Numbered from the stretch's first letter, positions 35,989 to 49,500 are shown. The stretch: DNA of 64,000 nt from Lingula anatina (GCA_051362555.1 CM120643.1:26726848-26790847), one strand, 5' to 3'. Program-made: numbers and translations. Notes: generated from the sequence alone by a model not told the origin.

Positions 35989-38900
35989 CTGTTATCTCTG
36001 TATATTTGATCTCTGGTACCTTTCCAGTAATAGGTACAAGATCACCTGGACTCATAAAATTAGAAAAAAAAATCATTTTTCTGCACGATCCAATGAGGTG
36101 AAAATGCAAAAGTTGGTATCTTTGATATCATTTTGATCTTGAAATTATACATCTATTTTATTTATTTAGCCCAAACTCGATGTTTAACGATACTAGGAAA
36201 GTGTCAACGACGCTGGGGAACGTTATAGATGACTGAATAACTTTCCACGTACAGGTAATTAAAATAATCAAAGCACAGTTCATTTAAATATTGCACAACT
36301 CACATATGACGCATGTCGAAGTATTGGCCTTCAAAGTCGGTTTTTCTTGTTGCAGATAACGTATTATCTCCAAGTATTTGTCTTCAGGAACATGTCCCTT
36401 AAGAGGTCCGCCTTGAACTTCCTCGTAGCTGACCTTGTGATAAAAATCTTGTAAACTCAATTAAAATCTAATCATAATTTATCCATTTTCCTGGGATCTG
36501 TTGTGGTGGCGTATTATTTTATCAAGATATGATTGAAACTTTTATTTATCCTGTAAATATCATCGTTACTGGGCTTTACACTGCTCTCCGACCACAGGGT
36601 GCTCTAGTAATCTGTAATTTTGTATACTATTTCACAAGTTCTTGATATCTAGTATCGAGTATATATATTCCAACTACAAAAAGTTAATTCTAGGACATTT
36701 GTACATTTCATATTAAACATATCATTTCCTACCTCCATCCAAATATGTTTCTTTAGGTACGGGGTCCAGAACCACATGCGTCTCTCTGGACAGAACGTAA
36801 ATCTCACGCTCTCAGAACTCTGCGCATTTCCCTTCTCAGCTGATGGAAGAAGATACTAAGGTTATTACAAGCAACGCTTTCTCCATATGTGTCCTAGTGC
36901 ATTGAATGATCACTATTTATCTATTCGGTGCGACATCTCGAATTTCACTGTATTTTACCAATGATGACATTTAAATGGCATTTTCTATAAATGTTGTCTA
37001 CCTGAAATAACTGTTTATTCAAAGTTAAAAAAAAAAAAGCTTTTAATATTAAACAAGGTATCAAATTAAATGCATGAAAAAATCATGAATCAAAATGATA
37101 ATAAAAGCTGATAAGAAATGAAAAATTATTTCAAAAATAACTTTAAATTTCCATTGTTTTAAAATACTTGTACTGCATTGTTTATAATATGCATTAATTA
37201 CTTTCATAGGACATTACACTAACTTACCGTCCTTCACATAAAGTAGCTTCATCAGTTTCACCAATTTTCGCAGTTTATCCTCATTTACAATGTGCATCTT
37301 CAGAGACATATCTTTTCCTTTGGTGATATCAGGGGTTAAGAGCACTTTTTTCAGACACTTCTCTAATTGTCCATTTTTACTGCTTTTCAATAATTTCTCC
37401 AGCGACTCCCAACCAATAACGTTCATATCTATGATGACGCTTCCCTGCCTAACTTGAATGTTTGTAGCAATTACGTCTAAGTCATCCCTCATGATAACGC
37501 CAATACCATCTGGACTAGCAGATCGCACAATTTCTTCTGCAGTATCTCCTTGTCCTGTGTCAACTACTTGAAGAGCAATCCTTAAAGGTATCTCTGTTTT
37601 AGGGAAAAAATAAAATAAGGAGAGGAATAGTGAAGTCCTCACATAGCTCATGTGCGTCGCTTCTTCAATTAGGTGACTACACAAACTGTATATAACTAGA
37701 AACATATAATAATGAATAATAATAATTTATTAAGCCAATAAAATACAAATGTATAAAATCGGGAATCTTTTGCCCTGTAGTAGCGCCATTGAAATATAAA
37801 GAATGAAATTTAAAATTACATGTTAGAGTTAAAAATAGTTACTGCCAAAGGATAAAAGCTATTTAAAAATCGCTTACTACCCTTAAAAGCTAAGAGTCTC
37901 GAATTGCTAGGTAAAAATTTTAAAAGGGTATGGGCTGGGTGGGAACTGTCTGTCATTATTGATAATGTTTTCTTTTTAGTCCTGTCTAGATATATAGTAT
38001 GGACGGGAGTTAGATCTGTTCCAATTACAACCCCTGCAGTTTCAACGATCTTTTCCAACTTGTTCCTCTCCTCCACAGTTGCACGTCCATACCAAACAGT
38101 TACTGAATAAGTTAAAATACTCTCTAAAACACACCTGTAAAAGTTCGTTAAAATAAACACATTTCTGGTAAAAGCTTTCAATTTCCTTAAGAAATACATT
38201 CATTGACGTGCCTTTTTCAATAGCTTCGTGATGTTATCGCCCCAGGTTAACCTATTATTCAGCTGAACCCCTAGTAATTTATAATTAGAGACTTGTTCGA
38301 CCGCTTTACCGTTTACTTATCTGATTTCTTCTGAAGTCTATGATCATTTCTTTTGTTTTGCTCACATTTAATATCAAGTCATTGTCTGTGCACCAATTTA
38401 CTAAACTTGTAACCGACTGCCTGTATGACATCTCATCATTATGGTGTATCAAGCCGACTAAGGTTGTGTCATCGGCAAACTTCATTAAAAATGTATTTTC
38501 CTCCCTCGCCACACAGTCGTGGGTGAATAACGTATATAAACAAGGTGATAAGACGCAGCCCTGGGGTGTGCCAGTGTTTAAAACTATAGTGTCCGAGAAG
38601 TTAAAACCGACTTTTACTGACTGTTTTCTGTTTAAAAGAAAATCTAAAATCCAATCGCAGAGTGCTGGTGGAAAATTAAGATCATCCAAAAGTTTAAAAT
38701 ACAATTTGCTTGGTACAATAGTATTAAATGCTGAGCTATAGTCAACAAATAAAATTCTAACATAGGCATTTTTACAATCGAGATGTTCGAGAACTTTGTG
38801 TAAACACATAGAAAGAGCATCGTCTACACTTCTGTTACTGCGGTAATTGGAGTGGATCAAAGCTATTTGGCACTAAAGTTTTAATAAAAGACAAAACAAG

Positions 38901-40157
38901 TTTTTCGAATATCTTCATAGGCACCGGTGTCAAAGCAACAGGACGGAGATCATTTAAATTCTCTACAGTTTTACTTTTTGGCACAGGTATGATGGTTGCT
39001 GTCTTCCATATTTCAGGCACTCTGCACATTTCAATTGACCAGTTGAATATTTCCGCGAACACATCTGAAAGCTGGGCTGCGCATTCCTTTAAAAGTCGTG
39101 ATGTTATACCGTCAGGGCCTGGAGCTTTCCTGGTGTTTAAAGCCGAGAAATAACACTTGACTTGCCATGATTGAATAGTAAATGGCGGCACGCACTCTCC
39201 TAGGGTTGGTGTGTGGACCTGAGTATGGTTGGTCTTATCAAAACGAGAATAAAACTCATTCAACTTGTTAGGGAGTGTGGAGTCCTCTGTATCAACGGCA
39301 CGTCTGGACCCTTTATACTGTGTGACAAGAGCGATATTGTCCCAGAGATCCTTTGCACTATTGGACTGGAATTTCTGTTCGATTTTTGAATTCATCTTTT
39401 GCTTTGCTTTTTTGATGGCAATTTTTAGGTCCAATTTTGTTTTACGATATGCTGCAACATTTGTTTCTTTCTCACGGTATGAAGGTGAAATGAAATCATT
39501 CGGATTGTTTTGATATTTAATACCGTACATTTAAGATCTTTCACTAACGAGGTTAATAAAATTTAGTATGAAAGAGGGAGAAAGAGAAGGTAGAAGGGAC
39601 GAACAGTTTTATAAAAGATTTTTGTAAAAACATCTTCCTTCTTGAGCAAATACGCGCCACTTGAATATTCAACTAACTGATATTGCAGTTTTGAAATACA
39701 AATATAAATCTAGAGACTATTTCAGGATTACCAACATTCATATGACTAAATCATCTACTTTACATATACCTTGATTGGGTAGTATATTCACAAGGTGTGG
39801 CGTTTCGGCTACCTCTGGTATTCCTGTGTAATTGTTGGGAAAAAATACTTGGACTGCTTGATCTTGTTGTCCTTGATGTGGTTCCCCTTGGCGTCGTTGT
39901 CTTTGGTCTAGTTCCCCTTGGCGTCGTTGTCCTTGATGTAGTTCCCCTTGGCGTCGTTGTCTTTGGTCTAATTCCCCTTGGCGTCGTTGTCCCTGATGTA
40001 GTTCTTGGCGTCGTAGCCTTTGGTCTAGTTCCCCTTGGCGTCGTTGCCCGTGGTCTAATTCCCCTTGGCGTCGTTGCCCATGGTCTAATTTTCTGTTATT
40101 ATATGGAACGTTGCCATTGGCCGTAAGAACTCTTGTGTTGCTTGGTGCGCAACCCAT
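35989..40157 (-). CDS. MGC-family paralog C: acylation motif, 10-aa repeats, TRADD-N-like domain and Trp-rich module; 3' end uncertain
   Basis: Phase-compatible exons 40157-39770 (MGCAPS..(LDQRQRRQGE)n..EVAETPHLVNILPNQ), 37593-37228 (366 nt, ..VRQGSVIIDM..ESLEKLL..NGQLEKCLKKVLLT..), 36839-36733 (..FTFCPERRMWFWTPYLKKHIWME), 36433-36304 (VSYEEVQGGPLKGHVP..) and probably 36045-35989. If the 36304 donor is not used, the stop is at 36284. Confidence 0.7.
37710..39530 (-). mobile_element. 5'-truncated, decayed non-LTR retrotransposon (Rex1/Babar-type reverse transcriptase) in an intron of paralog C
   Basis: RT motifs KAPGPDG, LRPVALT, FVDYSSAFNTI, GTPQGCVLSP, KFADDTTLVGLI, KTKEMIIDFR and C-terminal (Q)xMYFLRKL..ESILTYSVTVWYG. 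Frameshifts near 38850 and 38310 and a stop near 38200. AATAAA and a (TTA)n tail near 37710-37735. Confidence 0.9.
39870..40090 (-). repeat. 30-bp coding tandem repeat (about 7 copies of LD/HQxQRRQGE)
   Basis: Repeated gttccccttggcgtcgttgtc units; the frame is preserved, including one 27-bp unit. Confidence 0.9.
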
Positions 40158-43100
40158 GGGCAATGAAAATGCGCATGCTCTTTAAAAAGAGAAATAATTG
40201 CAGACGATAACTTTGTGAATGATGGCAGACTCTCGACAAACTATTTAAAAATTCAAAACGAAGTTGAAATATAAACGAATAATAAATACTATTAAGCAAT
40301 ACGGGCAAGCTGTGGTGGAAATAAAGGAATTTCAAAATACTAGCCGATGCAGTAAGCCTTAAATAATTTCCATGGGATACTAAATAAAGATAATATCATG
40401 TAAACTTGGTGGTTTTCGGCACTTTTTTCCTTTTGTCTTCTAGTTTACGATTTAAAACCGCTGCAGTATACTTAAAAGAAAAGTTTTTTCTCTTTTCAAG
40501 TGGAAAAAATAACTATTAAAATGATGAAGCGAAGAACAGACTAACAAACATACAGTGTTATTCACACTACAAACACTTTTACTTCTGACCTTTTTACAAC
40601 TTCACGCCAATATAAGGGTTGTCAATAAATTTGACAAGATTTATACGAACTTACAATATTTGCCTGGGCTGGGTAAAGTACTTCTAAAAGCAGTCTATTT
40701 AATAGACAATAAGGTATTGGACAAAAAATAAATATGTATTTAACTCAATATAAATATCTCGGACAGAAGCCAACTGTGAGTCTCGGACAAGCGCCAACTT
40801 TTTTAGGCTGTCAATATAAATGTAAACCAACCACATCGAATCCAGCATAAACACAGGGAAATGCTTTATGAATAATAGGCGTTGTCAATATTTATAGTAT
40901 CTGGGCTGGTTAAAGTACCTTTAAAAGCAGTCACTTTAATGCGCAATAAGCTATTGGAGAAAAATATAATAAAAACAACCACATTTAAAGGAAATATATT
41001 TGACAGAAGCCAACAGTGAGGTTACTTTCGGTTTACGGTTGATCACGCACAGGCGTAATTTTTCCTTCCCCTGGCAACTGTTGCAACGTACGCGGTGGAT
41101 ATCACTACAGCAAACAAACACAGGTAAACACGCAGATCAAAATCCCAGCTTCTTCTCTTGCATATGGCTTTAAATGATTATCTTCATAAAATTCTATCGA
41201 GCATGGATTGTATTACGTCGGACAAATTCAGCAAACGCTTTTTAAAATATAGTTTTGCGTTCTTCTCAAATCAGCTGTCATTGAGTTCAAGCTAATTATC
41301 AAAAAATTACAACTGTACACTGCTATTGATCCTTTATGATTAAACTGTTTTCCTCTGTAATGAACGGCTGCATACATTTGTCTTATATACAAAAACTGAT
41401 GTGTAGGTCTATCTCTCATGAGATATAACGATTAAAAAACCAATGCACTCCTTTCCGACGTAATGCGTTTTGATTGCTGCTAATGCAAAAATGTTATTCT
41501 GAAGAACGTCAAACTTTTACTGCAACCTAAAGCATATTAAAGATATTATTTTATCTTCTTGCAGTCGATACAATAGAAATTTTCTCGAAAACTCTGATAA
41601 GTTGACACCTACCTTAGACAGACTCCCGTATACGTGGCCACTGGCTGGCTAGCTGCCAAATACTTTAAATCGTGCCTCGATGCGTGCACGTATGTTTTCA
41701 CTGCAACAACAGAGGCGTTGCTAACGAGTTTTTTCACTCCATATCTTCAGACGCTTATCTCCGATCCCAAATTATATGGAGGTGCAATTGAGGTCACAGG
41801 CATGCTCTAAAAAATTAAGTGCCACTGGTTTCGTTCTTTGATTTTTTCTCCTACAAGTATAACGTAAAAAAATGTTAATCTCCTGTATAGAATAGTTAAT
41901 TCTTTTTGAGCGACTTCAGTTTGCTTGGGGCTGAATGTTAAAAAACGGGGAAAATATACCCTACCGGCATTTAAATAAGAATTAAATAATTATTTTCCAT
42001 TCGTGGTCCAAATTTTGTATCAGAAATGTCAAACTATAATGGCATCACAATATAAATTTTCAGTCAGTAACAGGAAGCGCCGTTTCCTATTGCACCAAGT
42101 ACTTGGGTAAGATGAAACTTTGTGATATTTTTTTCTGGGGAACATACTTAACGTAGTAATTACCATGACGCAAAGCCCCTTGTGTAATAGTTTAAATATT
42201 TATAAAAACATCCTTACGTCATGTTTATTTACCATGACTGAATCACTACAAAATATATCGGAGCGGGATATAAAAATTAAAATTAAATGACCCGGAACAT
42301 ACGTTACCAGTTAGGGTTCCTTACTTAATGTAAAGACAAGGTAAAAAATTTTAAAAAGGACAAAGGTACTGGTATTAAGAAATATGCACTTAGAATGTAT
42401 TTGCTTTTTAAAATCATTTCCAATATTTGGTGTATTGTATGTAAGTAAGTTTATGTACCAGTAATCTACCGACCTTACATAGTTTACTTAAGAGCTTATT
42501 TTCTGTTTTACCTTCCACAAATATACATGTAGAAAGCCTTGCTTTTCAATGGATTGTTTTTATCTAGGGGCTTGTCAATATACTTTAGGTCCTGTTGGGT
42601 AATTTATCTTTTCGATCCATTCACATCCTCCATACTGGGGTATATCTTTAATAAATTATATTCAATTTTGTTTATTCTTGTAAATCTACCAAATAGACCC
42701 AATCCTTATGACGGGGGATTTAGATATGTAATTTATGTTGACAAATCTATGGAAGAATAATGTAAAATCAAAATAAAAAGGTAATGCCCCGGGCTTGTTG
42801 AGGTGGAATAAAGAGACTTCCAGGCCGTAAGCTGAAATTAAGAAAGGTGCTTGGAATCACAGAAAACATTTTACCTGAGTAGAGTCTATTATAACATCTA
42901 TAGGCTCATTCTCTGATGAAGTTGTCCTGTGAGACATTGAAATATTGGGGTGATGCACTGAGTTCTACAGGATACCGCGGGGTATATTCTACTCAAAGGG
43001 GCTCTAATTCGTCTACAGAAGATTCAAGATTCGGTTCACAATTCACGACTTGGGGTGGGGGGGTATGTTCGGAGAGAAAAGCAACCCAACATCACAGCTT

Positions 43101-45166
43101 AGTTATAAAATCAAATCTCTGTTTATGTTGCCTGATTTTATCCATGCTATCGGCGTGACATTTAGGTAAGGCCTAATAAAGTCTGATAATAGCAATTATT
43201 AAGAGGAAATTAAATAGGACCAATTAAAGTTAAATAGGATCAATTGCATAAGATACCGCAAATAGAAAATAGATTTTTAGAAAATAGATTTTCCATGTGA
43301 ACGGAGTCTTAGTAACACAAGTCCGCCAGGAATACAAGTCCTACCTACTCTATTTATGAGCCAGGAACCTAAGTGGTGAATCACTCTGATCTTTAGCTGT
43401 TAATAAAAGAAACTATCTAAGCACTACAAATTTCTAATGATATTTTTTCCAATAGGTAAAGGCTACCCTCTCCTCCTCCCCGCCAGTTGAAGAATCAGTG
43501 TGTATTGAGTTTTAAGGTCCAGACACCGGCGTGTAACGTTTTATAATAGAAAAAAATTTAAAGGGGAAATAATCATTTAATTGTGACTGCAAATTGTAAT
43601 AAAATCGGGGTGAACATTTACCACAAAATCCCATTAAAATCCCTCTCATATGATAGATACTATAATTACTATATATTGGAAATGATAAAACCTTCAGAAT
43701 CACGTTGTAAGTACATTCTTACACCTCCCCTCTATTTGATTTACAAGATGAACTTTAACAACGTTGATGGTAATACCGTGTTCGCAGACTGGTAATGCGC
43801 GGGATGATATACATATGTAGGCTACGGCTCACGGCCTTTTGATTGTTATGGCAAACATATACATGTACAGCCAAACTGGCCCTCTCTGTGAGAAAGTACC
43901 TGCAGAAAATTTCCATTTGATCACCATGTCACTAACGAAGCTTTGTGGCTCCGTGGTAACTCGGCCGTCTTGGCCATAGGTCATCACACATACACGGGTT
44001 CGAATCCAAAGAAATTCTAAGTCACTTTTTTTGCTCGAAATAATTTCCAAAAATTGCGTTTGATTACTGTAAGAGGAAACTCGCACGTTTGGAAGGCGGG
44101 CGGTTCAGTCACGGCGCAGTCGGTATCGCTTGGTTGCAAAAAAATACCAAGCTGTCTTCAAACAATGGTGACGATAAGTCACGAGCTCAAATGCCAGATG
44201 ACGTATGTCAGCTCACCCCAACTACGAGCCGTCCCCGCAGTCGAATACGAATGCAGGCTCTCGTGTGTCCAAGCTAATTACCTTTTGCATAAAAATCCGG
44301 TATAGTTTAGAATAAGTGATCACTTTTGACAACAACTTATTGCTCCTCATTATCATAAAGTCTCCGTCGTTAATTATATTTCTTTTCTTCTTTTCTCTTT
44401 CATCTTTTTAAAGTCTTTAAAATGAAACTTAGGCGTGGATGGTCATTGATACCAACTATGCAACAGATCGAAATTGAATTAAGTCGATACCTTACTCGGC
44501 ATGGCATCATGCATGTCATATAGCCCTTTAATTAAAAAGCTATCTGCTCGATGGGATTATCAGCAAGGAAAGTTTTTTTTTCAAAAGTCACATTGCTGCT
44601 ATTGCTTTACCTACTCATACATTTTGTTTTCATGCCCCCTCCCATCCCTTGGCCTTGCTTATCAAGACTCGACACATATTCATACAGTACCTGGGGCAAC
44701 TCCACAGTGGACGTTTAAAATGACAAAGACTACTCACAACTAAAATCGCCAATTTGTGAACCGCTTTGGCTCTTATCGTCCTCTTAACGTCACGGGTGAA
44801 GTCAAACGTAAACTCAGTGTAAAACAAAATGAATATAGATAACAGCACCTGAAATCATGTTACTACTAGGATGGGAATGTTCCGGGCTGGCTAATAAGAA
44901 AAAAAGACACGTAACTTGAATTAATTCAGTAGCTTTCACGTTCTGGCACCACGTCATTGGTGAAGCCAAACTAAATCTTAGCATAAAACAAAAAGAGTAA
45001 TCTATCTAGGAACGCTCCGTGTCGGCTTCTCAAATAAGTGCTCGTGTACATGATGGACTTTAACAACATTGATGATAATACCTGTCACATAGCATAAAAT
45101 GTATGTCAACTTTATTACAAAATTAAATTTAGATAATGCTTAACAGGATAATCACAACCTATTTTA

Positions 45167-45388
45167 TTTACCTCTGCCAAGGAGGTTATGTTTTCACCCC
45201 TGTTTGTCTGCCATCAATATAACTCCAAAAGTTATGGACCGATTTTGATGAAATTTTCAGGGTAGGTCAGAAATGGGTTAACTTAGAAGTGATAAGTTTT
45301 TGGTGGTAATCCAGATCAATAATCAATCAATAATAATCAAAAATTGCTGCCTTGGCGGAGGTCTGCGCTCTCGGAGTACTTTTCTATT
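45167..45388 (+). mobile_element. Short Helentron-associated element (HINE-type)
   Basis: T-rich flank, subterminal IRs acctctgccaagg and ccttggcggaggt, short 3' hairpin gcgctc..gagtac, then tttcta. Confidence 0.75.
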
Positions 45389-46530
45389 TACTACATTTAA
45401 TGGAATGACAACTCTTCATTTCGGCAGGAAAAGTGCCATAGACGAATTTTTCCTGGGTAGACAATGTTCCCATATTTTCCAATGTTTAATGAATCCGTTC
45501 CGACATTTTACGTTAGTCGTTTGGTTTTTTTTTAAGTATGGATTTTGTAATGACCTCTGAAGGTCTAAGTATAAAGGCCTACGTCAGAATATCCCATGGC
45601 AGTTATCAGCTCAACAAAGATGAAACTCCACAAAAAAATATAAGAAATATATAAAAGGTAGAGAGGGTAAATGACTGGAGCAGATTAAATAAATATAAAC
45701 AAAAACTTTAACATAAACATTTTATTAAAAAAGCAAGAAATGAGAGTCTATAAAAGACAAACATCTTTGGTTGATTTTGTATCACAGTATTTAGCATTGT
45801 TTACATGGTATGGTTGTGCATGCTTATCAACATAGAGTTTATGGAAAATTCTAAATTGTCACAGCTGTAGGGTTTCTGTTGGGAGTTTCAGAGTTTACTG
45901 TATCTTTACCTCTATGGGACCATTTCCAGACCCTATCGTACTAACTGTGGATTGAGCCATCTTCTAGGGGATTCTCACTAAATTGCAATCAACTTAAGCG
46001 GCTTACATGTCTGTCATGGCTACTGAAGCTGACAGAAACACCATGGAGATGGACCGATCTTGTTAGATTGATCTAGGTATGGGAACCCAGTCTATTACAT
46101 ATAATGTAAAATCCCAATAGCTGTTAGGATGATGACAGTAAATATGAATACTGGTATTACTAAATACCATGAACACGTACCCTGTATTTACAAAAATAAG
46201 ATGAAATTTAGATTAAAACAGACTTTAATGGGACTTTGCACTTGGCGGTGAAAGCAAAATGAAGGATGAAGAAATGTATTCCAACCAGATCTATGGCCTG
46301 AAAAACACTTAACCTTGAGGTTAATAAAAGGTCAAGTGCACTTGATGCAACAAGGTTATTCTTCAGGAGCCTAATCACTTATTATCCTCTGTGATTGGTA
46401 GAAAAATAGTCTCTCTTCTGCATTGGTCAAAAAACTGGTACCAGACAATACATGTACCAGAACATGGTATCATATCAATCAACCTTGACATTAACCAAAG
46501 TTCAAGGTCTGGTCATTCACTGAAACTAGG

Positions 46531-49500
46531 TCATCCTTCAGGTGCCTCATCACCAGAGGACAGCTCCTGGTCCTCTGTGGTTGGTACAAAATAGTCCCTC
46601 TTCTGCATTCGACAGAAAACACACTTTTTGCTCTTGGCGTCTTCGGCCTGCATCATAGAAAATGGCTTCCCGCACTCCGTGCACTAGAAGACAAAAATTA
46701 TGGCATTATTTTTTGTTAAAAGATTGTAACAGAAATCTTGGGTCAGTCTAGCAAGCAAAATGTTTGTCATTTGCGTTAAAAATCATTTATTTTAAAAAGA
46801 AATGCAGCTACCATTTATGAAAATTTCAATTTGACAGAGACCAAATTTATTTTCGTTATCACATCACTTGGTTAAACTTAAAAACATCCTAGCATAATCA
46901 AATCATTTTTGTGTCATACTGTGATTATTTTGACTCCAATGGTTCTCTTGTTTTCCATCACCACAGGCAGCTCATCTGAGTCTTCTACGTTCCATAATCT
47001 CACTGTGTGGTCCTGGATAAAGTGATTGTCATGCCAGTTTCAATGGTTAGAAGTTGATTTGTTTGTCAGTCAGAATAACTTGCTTTTACATTTTTATAAT
47101 TTCAGTTTTTTTACTTGTTGCTTATGTTTTAAAGTTTCTAGTGTCTTTTTTCTTTTAAAGTAGACATTATAATTGTACTTCAAATTTATTGTTTTGAATA
47201 TCAGTTTTTAAAATTTTATCTTATTTCATTTACCTGCATGTCATGAAAGATTTTATTTAAAATTGATGGTATAAAGTTTTAAGGCAAAGAGGTGTACCTT
47301 TGAACATGACATGATCCAGTTTTGATCCTGACTCCAACACAAATCTTCTATCCAACTTTCATGACCCTTAAAAATAAAATAAAAGAGAATAAAATAAAAT
47401 GTTTAATTAAAATAAAGCTTAAACAAAGAAATAAATGACTTAAGATAAAATTGATTATTAAATAAATGGAAATAAGCAAATATAAATAAATTAATCATCA
47501 TATATTTTGCTGTCAGTAAAGAAGGTTCTGAAAATACTTTTTTAAGATATCTGTTAAATCTCAACAATATGTACACATACTAATAACAACAAAACCAGAC
47601 AAAAGTTAATCCTATAATTCAACAGAAAATGAAAGATGGAGACAAAATCACCTGAAGTTTTAGTTTCTGAGCACAGTTATCTGCATCCCACACCACCATA
47701 TTCATATCATAGCCACCAGATACCAACATGGAGCCTAGAATAAATACATAAAAATAAATAAATAAATAAAATAATTATCTCCATCCCACACCACCATGTT
47801 GTTATTATAGCCACCAGAAACCAGCATGGAGCCCGGAATAAATAAATAAATAAATAATGAATTCTATATCTGTGCCCCACATTCAATGTTCATATCATAG
47901 CCACCAGATACCAGCATGCAGCCTGAAGTACCAGATACAGAAATAAATAAAAAATAGATAAATAAATAAATAAATTCATTATCATTTAGGAGTTTTGAAA
48001 ATACACTTTTAAGACATATCTGTCAAATCCCAACAATACACTTGAAAAACAAAGTTTTATCAATTACTAAAATAACAACCACACATTTGGCTGGGAAAAA
48101 CACCTGCTCTGAATGAAATCTTGATCTTTGGTCCTGTGGCATTATCAACTATTTCACAAAAAGACCCCACCTCTTGAAATATGCCCTCTACCTGGGCCAC
48201 ATATTGATTTTTCACTTCATGGAAATGTCTCTGGTTAAATTGATGGTTTTTCTCTGTATTCATGTCAGAGAAAATGTCCACATAATATAAACTGCGGCCC
48301 TGGTTGAGGGTACTTGAAATACTGGCCACAGGCCTGCCTTTTTATAGAAAAAAATTCATTCTGATGGATATTTTACTGTCTTATGATAACTGAAAGCATG
48401 TGCAAATTTAACAAAGTAAGCAAAACTATCTGATCCACCAATTTTCTTACCAGGACTTAGCTGGACTAAATATATGGAAATATCATAAAAGAAAACTTTT
48501 TAAACTATCAATTCGCTTACCATCTGGACTAAATGCTATAGAACTGATGCTGCCCTCATGAGATTTCTTCAGGTATGTGGCACCCTGGGATCTTTAAAAA
48601 TAAAAAGAAAATTTAAAAATTCATTTTATTACAATATTCTGTATATCTAATTTGGTACAATGACTACAGAAAAACAAATATTATGTAGAAGTTGACAAGA
48701 TGCTAGTGCTATCAATCTGCAAAAAGTTCAAGAAAAACAAATTTGACCTTTAAAAATGCTGTTGTTTCTATCCTTTAGACCATTTTGTCTCAATTTTTAC
48801 GTCATCAATATTTCTTGCCATACCTGTACGACCCTGTGGCAATATCCCACAATGCAATAGTCTTATCCCATGATGCAGTAGCAAAGCGTCTCTCATCTGC
48901 TGTTATACTACAATCTGAGATGATATTGATGTGTCCTCTGAAATAAAGAAAAATTCATTTACGTTTTGATAAAAGTCACTTTCTATTAGATATTCCACAT
49001 AGGATCATAATATTTTTACATACAACCCTTTTTTTCATACGCAAATCTATAACTGGGATTGAATTTTATCATAAACTATCTGAAAAAAAAAATGTTTGCA
49101 TTAATATGAAGTATACTATCTGTATTTGGAACCTTATATGTAAATTAACATATCCTTGTTTCAGAGCAGAAGCCAATTATCTTTTCCAACTCAGACAGAT
49201 AGCTTCATGTTGCCATTTAGGTAAATATATTTATAACACAGACAGAATGTAGAACATCTTACCTCAGGGTCAGGGTGCACTTCTGTGATTTGAGGTCCCA
49301 GAATTTGGATGTCATGTCCATGGAAGTGGTGGTCAAGCGGTCATCTCTTGGTGTGAAGTTACAACTGGTCACTGCACTGGCATGGGCACCTTGAAGATAA
49401 TTATATAATAATTCACAAAGTGGACAAAGTGAAAAATGCATACGTAAGTTAGATAAATAAATCATTGCAGCTGTTGAAAGTGTTACAAGGATAGAGGACT

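Noticed and set aside
36284-36320. C-terminal CaaX motif (..TCVI) in paralog C
   Set aside because: Neither readthrough (CVICELCNI*) nor splicing to 36045 places a stop directly after CVIx.
43955-44010. tRNA or SINE suggested by the B-box-like gggttcgaatcc
   Set aside because: No cloverleaf or convincing A box could be built.
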